DNA from: Calditrichaceae bacterium
GTDB taxonomy: Bacteria > Calditrichota > Calditrichia > Calditrichales > JBFXGD01
DNA length: 29,253 nucleotides
Assembly: GCA_050178385.1 (NCBI GenBank)
Contig: JBFXGD010000028.1
Location: 1 to 29,253 of the forward strand
Direction: 5' to 3'
Shown here: in pieces, positions 9,037 to 17,174 of the stretch
How positions within the stretch are numbered: the stretch's first letter is position 1
How the letters are laid out: each line of letters opens with the position of its first letter
Program-made: the position numbers and the translations under genes
The notes under the pieces: generated by a model
The model's database searches: none
What the model saw: only the letters and a program-made list of their open reading frames with translations
Told to the model about the DNA's origin: nothing

Positions 9037-10917
9037 ATGAAATCGAGTACTACAACGAAGTTTGTTCTAATTCTTGTGGTTCTGCTTGTAGCTGTATACC
9101 TTTTATATCCGACCTACAAGCTGAACTCAATGACGGAAGCTCAGCAAAGTGAAATGCAGATAAAAAGTCAGAAAGATTTCTTCGATTTAAAATCAAAAAC
9201 CATCAATCTTGGTTTGGATTTACAGGGTGGGATGCACGTTGTTCTGGAGGTGGATATAAAAGAACTGCTAAATCGCCTTGCCAAAAATCAGAATGATGAT
9301 TTCAGACTTGCGCTTGAGGAAACTCAAAAACAGGTAGAAGTATCTGATGAAGATTTTATCTCCGTATTTAATGAAAAATTAAATGAAAAAAACGCGAATA
9401 TTGTTCGGTTTTTTGGGACGGCTGAACGCCGTACAGAGGCGGATGTTGTCAGTTATCTTCGTGAGCAGACCAAGGAAGCTGTCGGTAGATCTCTTGAAAT
9501 TATGCGAAATCGTGTTGATGAATTCGGTGTCTCAGAGCCAACAATTCAGAGACAGGGTGATCACCGTATCATTGTTGAACTCGCTGGTGTCACGGACCCA
9601 TCGCGTGTTCGTCAGCTCATTGGTAAAACTGCGCTTCTTGAATTCAAATTGTTGAAAGACAATGTGGTAAGCGCTCAAATTGCTGAAAAAATCAATTCAT
9701 ATATCAATTCAAAAATATCTCCCTCGGACACTTTGGCAAAAACAAATGAAGCAAAGGGAGATACCGGAAGTACTGCTCTTGAAGATATCTTTGGAGTGGA
9801 AAACAAGAGCGCGGCAACAAAAGCAGCTGTTTCTGATACGACTACAAGCGATCTGTTCGAGCAGAATTTGTTCTTCCTGGATCCGCGTGATAAACAGACA
9901 CTACTTGTACCCCGGGATAAGGAATTAAAATTTAAAGCGCTTCTGAACTTGCCGGAAATTCAAAGAATTATCGCTGAAGAAGCAGGCAGTGCTCAATTTT
10001 ACTGGGGGGCAAAGCCGGAATATAATGACGAATATTATCAGGTTTTTCTTGTAAACAAAAACCTGGAATTGAGTGGCGAAACAATTGTCGACGCCTTGCC
10101 TCAGCCGGGCAGCCAGTCTGATCCGAATTCTATTGGCAAATTTGAAGTATCTTTAACGTTTAACGATGAAGGTTCACGTGTGTTTTCGAGAGTCACCGGA
10201 GCCAATATCGGCAAACGGCTGGCAATTATACTCGATAATAAAGTGTTTCTTGCTCCATCGCTTCGTGTGAAAATTTCAAACGGAAGAGCGCGTATTACCG
10301 GGCTGGAAACAATGGATGAAGCGAAGGATCTCGGGATTGTCCTAAAAGCCGGCGCATTACCTGCCCCGGTTGATATAATTGAAGAAAGAACGGTCGGACC
10401 ATCACTGGGTATCGACTCCATACGCGCCGGTAGCTATTCAGCGATTTTAGGAATGTTTTTTGTAATGATTTTCATGGTAATATATTATCGTCTTTCAGGA
10501 ATTGTCGCCGATATAGCGTTAGTTCTCAATATTGTATTTATCATGGCGATTATGGCCTATTTCCATGCAACGCTTACTCTCCCGGGTATAGCCGGTATCA
10601 TCTTGACTATCGGTATGGCGGTTGATGCAAATGTGTTAATTTTTGAACGCGTTCGTGAAGAATTGCGCCGTGGAAAAACCGTCCGCGCTTCGATAGAAGT
10701 GGGTTACGGAAAAGCATTCGTGACTATTTTGGATGCCAACGTAACTACATTTATCGCGGGTCTTGTGTTGTACACATATGGTTCGGGTCCCATCCAGGGA
10801 TTTGCATTAACATTAATGATTGGTATTTTAGCGAGTATGTTCACGGCGATCATTGTGACACGCGTGATTTTTGACTATACGCTCGAAAAGAAAGCAATAA
10901 AGAATTTGAGCATATAA
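9037..10917 (+). CDS. secD: Protein translocase subunit SecD
   Basis: LGLDLQGGMHV, RNRVDEFGVSEP, ERTVGPSLG, TLTLPGIAG...IGMAVDANVLIFER, DANVTT, GFALTL. ATG 9037 follows the purine-rich GGAGGAAGG; GTG 9028 is an alternative start. Confidence 0.97.
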   Translation: MKSSTTTKFVLILVVLLVAVYLLYPTYKLNSMTEAQQSEMQIKSQKDFFDLKSKTINLGLDLQGGMHVVLEVDIKELLNRLAKNQNDDFRLALEETQKQVEVSDEDFISVFNEKLNEKNANIVRFFGTAERRTEADVVSYLREQTKEAVGRSLEIMRNRVDEFGVSEPTIQRQGDHRIIVELAGVTDPSRVRQLIGKTALLEFKLLKDNVVSAQIAEKINSYINSKISPSDTLAKTNEAKGDTGSTALEDIFGVENKSAATKAAVSDTTTSDLFEQNLFFLDPRDKQTLLVPRDKELKFKALLNLPEIQRIIAEEAGSAQFYWGAKPEYNDEYYQVFLVNKNLELSGETIVDALPQPGSQSDPNSIGKFEVSLTFNDEGSRVFSRVTGANIGKRLAIILDNKVFLAPSLRVKISNGRARITGLETMDEAKDLGIVLKAGALPAPVDIIEERTVGPSLGIDSIRAGSYSAILGMFFVMIFMVIYYRLSGIVADIALVLNIVFIMAIMAYFHATLTLPGIAGIILTIGMAVDANVLIFERVREELRRGKTVRASIEVGYGKAFVTILDANVTTFIAGLVLYTYGSGPIQGFALTLMIGILASMFTAIIVTRVIFDYTLEKKAIKNLSI

Positions 10918-10953
10918 TTCTTACGAGATTTGATGGAAGGAGATCCATAGAAA

Positions 10954-11847
10954 ATGCAGTTTTTCACTAACACAAATGTTAACTTTATCGACCGCAGAAA
11001 AGTGGGGTACCTATTCAGCGCAGCTCTGATATTGATTTCAATAATTTCATTAATAGTTCATGGCGGACCGCGGTATAATATTGATTTTACGGGTGGAACG
11101 CTAGTTCATCTTAAATTTGAAAAAGACGTAGAAATTCAGACAATCAGAAGTACTCTGAGCTCACACGGTTTCGGAGATTCTGAAATCAAACACTTTGGGG
11201 CTAAAAATGAAATTTCTATTCGCGCGGGTATAGAACGCACGGACGAGGAACTTTCTACAACCATTGAGAATCTCATCAGTGAAGCTCTTCCGGATAACCC
11301 ATTTATAGTTCAGAGGGTTGAAAAAGTCGGGCCAAAGGTTGGTCATGAGTTGATTTTAGATGCGCTAATGGCAATTTTCTGGGCAATGCTGTTAATTCTG
11401 ATCTATGTCATGTGGCGTTTTGAGTTCAAGTTCTCTATTGGGGCCATAAGCGCTTTGATGCATGATATCATTATCACGCTTGGAATTTTTTCTGTGCTGA
11501 ATATAGAGATTTCCGCGCCAATTATTGCGGCGGTTTTAACGATTGTAGGTTATTCTCTAAATGATACCATAGTTGTTTATGACCGTATTCGTGAAAATAT
11601 GAAAGCCAGCCGTAAAGGTCTTTCGGATCTTACGACGCTTGTGAACGAGAGCATTAATGAGACATTGAGCCGAACGATCATGACGTCTGGTACAACAATG
11701 ATTGTGGTACTGGTGCTGTTTTTCTTTGGCGGAGAAGTGTTAAGAACGTTCGCTCTGGCATTGACTATCGGTATTGTAGTTGGTACTTATTCATCCATAT
11801 TTATTGCTAGCCCTATAGTGGTAGACTGGAAAAATAAAAAAGCATAA
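10954..11847 (+). CDS. secF: Protein translocase subunit SecF
   Basis: IDFTGG, VGPKVG, HDIII, GYSLNDTIVVYDRIRE, TLSRTIMTS, GTYSSIFIA; AAGGAG upstream. Confidence 0.97.
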   Translation: MQFFTNTNVNFIDRRKVGYLFSAALILISIISLIVHGGPRYNIDFTGGTLVHLKFEKDVEIQTIRSTLSSHGFGDSEIKHFGAKNEISIRAGIERTDEELSTTIENLISEALPDNPFIVQRVEKVGPKVGHELILDALMAIFWAMLLILIYVMWRFEFKFSIGAISALMHDIIITLGIFSVLNIEISAPIIAAVLTIVGYSLNDTIVVYDRIRENMKASRKGLSDLTTLVNESINETLSRTIMTSGTTMIVVLVLFFFGGEVLRTFALALTIGIVVGTYSSIFIASPIVVDWKNKKA

Positions 11848-11866
11848 CTGGATAAAGGAAATAAAT

Positions 11867-12202
11867 ATGAACATCCAGGTAACTGAACACAACGGAGTTT
11901 CAATCATCTCACTTGCCGGCAAGATAATGGGCGGACCTGAAGCAGGGCAAATTAATGAGCAGATAAATCTTCTGCTTGACCAGGGAAGCAAAAAGATTAT
12001 CATGGATCTTGAAAATGTGGAATGGATGAACAGTTCCGGGCTAGGGATTCTGATCGGCGCAATCACCACGTTGAAAAATAACGGTGGTAAAATGGCTCTG
12101 ATACACGTGTCCGAGCGTATCCTGAGCCTTTTGAAAATCACTAAATTGATAAGTGTATTTAGTGTATATCCTGACCTGGAAAGCGCTTTAGCGGAAATTT
12201 AA
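11867..12202 (+). CDS. STAS-domain anti-sigma factor antagonist (RsbV/SpoIIAA-like)
   Basis: 111 aa; IIMDLENVEWMNSSGLGIL phospho-Ser motif; LLKITKL; AAAGGA upstream. Confidence 0.9.
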   Translation: MNIQVTEHNGVSIISLAGKIMGGPEAGQINEQINLLLDQGSKKIIMDLENVEWMNSSGLGILIGAITTLKNNGGKMALIHVSERILSLLKITKLISVFSVYPDLESALAEI

Positions 12203-12218
12203 TCTGTAACTTCTTGAT

Positions 12219-12251
12219 AAACTCCGGGCGAGTACCGGAGTTTTCTATTTT
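12219..12251 (+). terminator. Intrinsic terminator after secD-secF-STAS
   Basis: AAACTCCGG (12219-12227), 7-nt loop, CCGGAGTTT (12235-12243), then T-rich TCTATTTT. Confidence 0.75.
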
Positions 12252-12262
12252 TAAGGATTACT

Positions 12263-13537
12263 ATGTCAGTAAAAATTGTGGTAGGCAGCCAATGGGGCGA
12301 CGAGGGAAAGGGCAAGATAATTGATGTCCTCAGTGAAACTATGGATCTCGTTATCCGGTATCAGGGCGGCGCCAATGCCGGTCACACAGTTTGTATCGGT
12401 GAAGACAAGTATGTGCTTCATCTGTTACCATCCGGCATACTGAGACCAGGTGTGAAATGTATCATCGGTGGCGGTGTTGTTCTCGATCCGGAAGCATTTC
12501 AGGATGAACTCAACTTTCTAAAATCCGTCGGAGTTGATTATCAGAATAGACTAATGATATCACCGAGAACACATGTGATTTTCCCATATCATAAAATGCT
12601 CGATAAGCTCTCGGAGACCGGAAAGGGGAAAGAACAAATCGGCACAACAGGCAGGGGCATCGGACCTGCATATACTGACAAGTACAGTCGTATGGGAATT
12701 CGGGCTGTTGATCTGATCAATGATGATATACGAAATCAAAGATTAAAGGAAAACATCAGCCAAAAAAATTTTCTTTTTGAAAAGTATTACAAATCCAGAC
12801 CGATAGAGCTTGATGAAATTCTAAATACAGGTGCAATGTACGCGGAAATAATTAGACCATATGTCACCGAAACAGTGGAAATGGTCAATCACTTCTTACG
12901 GCAGGACAAAAATATTCTTCTGGAGGGCGCCCAGGGTGCCCTTCTTGATATTGATTATGGATCTTATCCTTATGTGACATCTTCTCATACAATATCTGGT
13001 GGAGGAACAATCGGGTCAGGTGTTCCGGTTACATCCGTCGACGGAGTCACAGGCGTTATGAAAGCATATCTTACACGTGTAGGAAACGGCCCGTTTCCAA
13101 CTGAAGAAGATAATCAAACTGGTCAAAAACTGCGTGATATAGGCGCGGAGTACGGGGCGACAACAGGACGTCCCCGCAGATGCGGCTGGCTTGATCTTGT
13201 AGCCGCGAGATACTCCGTACAGATTAACGGAATAACCGATCTCGCACTCACAAAATTGGATGTTCTTGATCAATTTGAAAAAATTTATGTTTGTACATCC
13301 TACAAGCATAAAAATCATACTCTAAACACCTTTCCGGCTGATCAGACATTATTATCGGAAATTGAGCCCGTTTACGAAGAATTACCCGGGTGGAAAGAAT
13401 CGATCAATTCAATCAGGTCTTTTAACGGGCTGCCGCTTAAAACAAGAAATTATATAAAGTATATTGAAGATTTTTGTTCTGTTCCGGTGAAGTATATTTC
13501 GGTAGGGCACAGACGTGAAGAGATTATCATTAAATAA
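12263..13537 (+). CDS. purA: Adenylosuccinate synthetase
   Basis: GSQWGDEGKGK, QGGANAGHT, IGTTGRGIGPAY, EGAQG, YPYVTSS, TRVGNGPFPTE, GATTGRPRRCGWLD, TKLDVL. Confidence 0.99.
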   Translation: MSVKIVVGSQWGDEGKGKIIDVLSETMDLVIRYQGGANAGHTVCIGEDKYVLHLLPSGILRPGVKCIIGGGVVLDPEAFQDELNFLKSVGVDYQNRLMISPRTHVIFPYHKMLDKLSETGKGKEQIGTTGRGIGPAYTDKYSRMGIRAVDLINDDIRNQRLKENISQKNFLFEKYYKSRPIELDEILNTGAMYAEIIRPYVTETVEMVNHFLRQDKNILLEGAQGALLDIDYGSYPYVTSSHTISGGGTIGSGVPVTSVDGVTGVMKAYLTRVGNGPFPTEEDNQTGQKLRDIGAEYGATTGRPRRCGWLDLVAARYSVQINGITDLALTKLDVLDQFEKIYVCTSYKHKNHTLNTFPADQTLLSEIEPVYEELPGWKESINSIRSFNGLPLKTRNYIKYIEDFCSVPVKYISVGHRREEIIIK

Positions 13538-13546
13538 ATTTAAGCA

Positions 13547-14428
13547 ATGAAACGATTTCTACTCATTTTTTTTTTACTCATCCAGTTTTATTCATGTTAT
13601 TGCGCTGATAAGACTGAATCGTTTGATAATTCTGATATTATTTTTGAATTATTATACATCTCAAACCTGAATGGAAGCCTTGAGAATTGCGGATGCGGAG
13701 TACCGCCGCTTGGAGGTGTCGACCGGATAGCATCTGTGATCAATCAACAACGATCTGAGAATCCCCAATTGTTCATTGATGGAGGCGATTTTTTAAATAC
13801 ATATCCATTCCATCTATTGAACAGCAGTGTAGTGGACGGATACAAATATCTTAGACCGGATGGAATGATTCTGGGTGATCAGGAATTTGTTGAAGGCCCG
13901 GTATTCCTAAATAAATTGACACAAGATTTTAAGAATTCCATCATCGCGTCAAACTATGGTATTAAGGGTATGAAGCTGAAAGAAGATCTTGGGTTTAAGT
14001 CTCCTTCCGGAGAACGGATACGGTTGTTTGCTTATCTTGATCCCGTATCATTTGATTTTATTCAAGCGGACAGCTCCGTATATTTTGACATGAAAAAATT
14101 TGATTCGCTTTATCAATCAATCAGCCCTGAAGAAATCTCCGGTGTGATCTATCACGGAACAAGCGGTGGGCTTGAATCGTTTCTACATAAGTATTCAGGT
14201 TTCGATCTGATACTTTCTTCTCATGAGCAAAGTCTTAACTATAACAGCAATTCTTCGCCAGCGGTGATAAGCGGAGGAGCCGACGGCAAGTCACTTATAA
14301 ATATTCAAGTTTTAAAAACAGAGACCAATATCAAAGTCATGGTGTCTCACATTCAAATCGGATTAGAGATCGCGCCGGACCCCGCTGTTTCGGATATAAT
14401 TTACAAATATAAAAATAATTTACACTGA
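13547..14428 (+). CDS. Exported UshA/5'-nucleotidase N-terminal-like (calcineurin-like fold) protein with a CGC motif
   Basis: Signal peptide; LLYISNLNGSLENCGC...GGVDR, FIDGGDF, LGDQEF, IASN, YHG, LSSHE follow the motif order of 5'-nucleotidase N-domains. There is no C-terminal substrate domain. Confidence 0.7.
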   Translation: MKRFLLIFFLLIQFYSCYCADKTESFDNSDIIFELLYISNLNGSLENCGCGVPPLGGVDRIASVINQQRSENPQLFIDGGDFLNTYPFHLLNSSVVDGYKYLRPDGMILGDQEFVEGPVFLNKLTQDFKNSIIASNYGIKGMKLKEDLGFKSPSGERIRLFAYLDPVSFDFIQADSSVYFDMKKFDSLYQSISPEEISGVIYHGTSGGLESFLHKYSGFDLILSSHEQSLNYNSNSSPAVISGGADGKSLINIQVLKTETNIKVMVSHIQIGLEIAPDPAVSDIIYKYKNNLH

Positions 14429-14430
14429 TT

Positions 14431-15474
14431 TTGAAGGAGTTTGCCATCAAAGCGCAGGAGATCATAAAAGCAGCAATAGCCAGCCTATTTGCCGGAAATA
14501 ATTTATCCCGTGAAGAAAGCAGGGTTATCATGAAACTGATGATGGAAGGCAAGATAACGGATGCTCAAATTTCGGCTTATCTGGTTGCTCTGAGGATGAA
14601 GGGGGAGACGGTCGATGAAATTGCGGGTTCCGCGGAAGCAATGATCGAGAAAGTTGACGCTGTTAATTTTAAATATGACAATTTTGTTGATACCAGTGGA
14701 ACAGGTTGTGACAATCTGCATACATTTAATATCTCCACCACCGCGGCTTTCGTGACGGCCGGGGCAGATGTGGCCGTGGCAAAGCATGGAAACCGCTCCG
14801 TTCTGAGTAAATGCGGCAGTTCTGATATTTTAAAGGCTCTGGGTGTAAATATAGATATTTCTAATGATATTGTTTCACGATGTTTTCATGAAATTGGTAT
14901 CGCTTTTCTGTTTATGCCGAAATATCATAAGTCGTTTCAATATGCCCTTGGACCGCGGCGAGAAATAGGCGCAAGGACCCTGTTCAATGTTCTGGGACCC
15001 ATTACTAATCCCGCCCAGACGCGTCATCAGTTGATTGGTGTCTATGACGCGTCTCTTATGCGAAAGCTTGTCGATGTAATGCGTGAACTTGGTGCGCATC
15101 AGGTGATGGTTGTTCATGGGGATGACGGACTTGATGAGATTACAATCACCGGAAAAACGCATGTATGTGAGCTTATCGACGGTCAGGTTTATGAATATGT
15201 GATTTCACCGGAAGATTTCAAAATGAAAAGTTCGCCGATCTCAAGTGTTCAGAGCAGTTCATGTGAAGAAAATATCCGCTACACGATGAACGTGTTAAAC
15301 GGAGAAGACAGCCCCGCCACGGATATCGTGATGTTAAATGCCGGTGCCGCGATCAAAGTCAGCGGTAAGGTCGCTTCTTTGGCGGAAGGGATCGAGTTGG
15401 CCAGGGAATCTATATTAAGCGGCGCCGCGAAGAAAAAATTGGAGAATTTAATCAAAATTACAAATTTATCATAA
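14431..15474 (+). CDS. trpD: Anthranilate phosphoribosyltransferase
   Basis: LRMKGET..EI, DTSGTGCD..TFNIST, VAKHGNRS, GSSDIL, RREIGARTLFN.LGP.TNP, HGDDGLDEI, LNAG. Start codon uncertain (TTG 14431). Confidence 0.92.
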   Translation: MKEFAIKAQEIIKAAIASLFAGNNLSREESRVIMKLMMEGKITDAQISAYLVALRMKGETVDEIAGSAEAMIEKVDAVNFKYDNFVDTSGTGCDNLHTFNISTTAAFVTAGADVAVAKHGNRSVLSKCGSSDILKALGVNIDISNDIVSRCFHEIGIAFLFMPKYHKSFQYALGPRREIGARTLFNVLGPITNPAQTRHQLIGVYDASLMRKLVDVMRELGAHQVMVVHGDDGLDEITITGKTHVCELIDGQVYEYVISPEDFKMKSSPISSVQSSSCEENIRYTMNVLNGEDSPATDIVMLNAGAAIKVSGKVASLAEGIELARESILSGAAKKKLENLIKITNLS

Positions 15475-15522
15475 CTGTTTTCCATGTCTTTAGGAGACTT
15501 TTAATACGGGATTTGTGATTGT

Positions 15523-15559
15523 TGTCCGGAGTCTCAACTCAAGACCGGATACTTTGATT
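15523..15559 (+). terminator. Possible weak terminator hairpin after trpD
   Basis: TGTCCGG (15523-15529) pairs with CCGGATA (15545-15551) with one G-U pair; inner TCT/AGA; only a short U-tract (CTTTGATT). Confidence 0.3.
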
Positions 15560-15601
15560 AACGGTTTCCAAAAATTCCCTATAAACTTCTGTGTAAAAGA
15601 A

Positions 15602-15631
15602 TTGCGTCAGATAGTGGCGTTTTTATATATT
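15602..15631 (+). promoter_or_regulatory. Possible sigma70-type promoter for the chorismate mutase-mltG-pcrA run
   Basis: TTGCGT (15602-15607), 18 nt spacer, TATATT (15626-15631). Confidence 0.35.
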
Positions 15632-15807
15632 GTTTCATCTCAAATGGAAAGAATGTGGAAATTACCGCGTTGATTAAAACACCAGGGATGAAATCCTTTA
15701 TTTTATTGCAGAAAGTCATTTGTTGGACTGATAAAATCAATCCGAATTATTGCACCAAATATAATCGGAACATAATAAAATCCAAATACACAAAACGGGT
15801 AATCAGT

Positions 15808-16098
15808 TTGAAGGATAAAAACTCCAAAATCAACGGGTTTCGTATAAAAATTGATGAAACCGATAAATCGATTGTCAGATTATTGAATCAGCGCGCGGTT
15901 TTTGCGGTTGAAATTGGAAAAATAAAACGCAAATTGAATTTACCGGTTTATACGCCCAGCAGAGAAGAGGAAGTGATCAGAAATGTGAAATCAAACAACA
16001 ACGGTCCCCTTCAAGACGATGCGATCCAGCGTTTGTATGAAAGGATAATAGACGAATCGCGACGGCTGGAACGTGAATATTTTTCCGAAGATGAATAA
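15808..16098 (+). CDS. Monofunctional chorismate mutase, AroQ/type II
   Basis: FRIKIDETDKSIVRLLNQR...IGKIK...VYTPSREEEVI...IIDESRRLE. TTG 15808 gives a typical ~96 aa protein; the frame stays open upstream to 15655. Confidence 0.88.
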   Translation: MKDKNSKINGFRIKIDETDKSIVRLLNQRAVFAVEIGKIKRKLNLPVYTPSREEEVIRNVKSNNNGPLQDDAIQRLYERIIDESRRLEREYFSEDE

Positions 16099-16100
16099 AA

Positions 16101-17174
16101 ATGGGTATAAATTTTTTTAAGAGACTTTCAAATAAGCAGAAAAGTCTGATTCTGATCTTATTCCTGTTGCCGATTTTTGTGATAGATGTTCTCAATTATT
16201 TTACATTACCCGAGGGAGTGTATGCGCCTCCGGATAAAATTGAGATAAATATACCGAGAGGGGCAGCGTTGAGTCAAATTGCGGATTCGCTCAGTAAATA
16301 TGAATTGGTTAAGAATAAAAAAATGTTCATATTCTGGGCGCGGGTACTTGGATATGAAAATAAACTTAAGGCCGGATTGTTCAAGATACCGGTTAATTTG
16401 AATAATGCCCAATTACTGACATATCTATCACAGGCGAGGGCACAGGAAATTTCCGTCACTATTCTGGAAGGCTGGAATACCGCCAGAATCGCGCAGGAAT
16501 TAGAACAGAAATTAAATATAAACGCTGTAAAATTTGATTCATTATGCCGGGATTCAAGTTACACGGAGGAACTTGGTATCGGTGAGAGTACATTAGATGG
16601 ATATCTGCTCCCGGATACCTATTCTTTTTATTGGGGTATTAGCGAAAAATCCCTGATCCATTTTTTTGTCAACAAAACATTATCGCTGTTCGAATCGGAT
16701 ACTGTAAAGTCAGCGATTAAAAAGCTAGGAATGACGCGTCACCAAATTCTCACACTTGCATCGATAGTTGAAGGTGAGGCCATTTTTGATGATGAACGGT
16801 CAATTATTGCATCTGTATATTATAATAGGTTGAGAAGGCATATGAAGTTGCAGGCGGATCCGACAGTTCAGTTTATAGTGGATGATGCCCCTCGTAGATT
16901 GTTGTACAGGGATCTTGAAATTGATTCGCCATACAATACATATTTATATTACGGATTGCCTCCCGGGCCGATCAATAATCCCGGGAAAGCTTCGATTTTG
17001 GCATCTCTGTTCCCTGCAGACACAAAATATTTGTTTTTTGTAGCCACAGGAGACGGGCGGCATGCGTTTTCTGTGACAGCATCCGAACATGCAAGAGCAA
17101 AAGCAGCGTTCGACAAAGTCAGAAGAGAAGTGTATCGGAAGAAACGACAAGAAAAGTTAAAGGAAAATGATTAA
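16101..17174 (+). CDS. mltG: Endolytic peptidoglycan transglycosylase MltG (YceG family)
   Basis: N-terminal TM; VTILEGW, DGYLLPDTY, LASIVEGEA (catalytic Glu), LQADPTV, SPYNTY..GLPPGPINNPG, YLFFVA. Confidence 0.95.
   Translation: MGINFFKRLSNKQKSLILILFLLPIFVIDVLNYFTLPEGVYAPPDKIEINIPRGAALSQIADSLSKYELVKNKKMFIFWARVLGYENKLKAGLFKIPVNLNNAQLLTYLSQARAQEISVTILEGWNTARIAQELEQKLNINAVKFDSLCRDSSYTEELGIGESTLDGYLLPDTYSFYWGISEKSLIHFFVNKTLSLFESDTVKSAIKKLGMTRHQILTLASIVEGEAIFDDERSIIASVYYNRLRRHMKLQADPTVQFIVDDAPRRLLYRDLEIDSPYNTYLYYGLPPGPINNPGKASILASLFPADTKYLFFVATGDGRHAFSVTASEHARAKAAFDKVRREVYRKKRQEKLKEND

Noticed and set aside
15644..15673. Short uORF MERMWKLPR upstream of chorismate mutase as an attenuator leader peptide
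   Set aside because: Single Trp, no Phe/Tyr run, no SD, and no terminator hairpin downstream of it.
15655..15807. 51-aa N-terminal extension of chorismate mutase from the ORF track
   Set aside because: No domain-like features, and the AroQ domain begins right after TTG 15808. It cannot be fully excluded because that start has only a weak SD.
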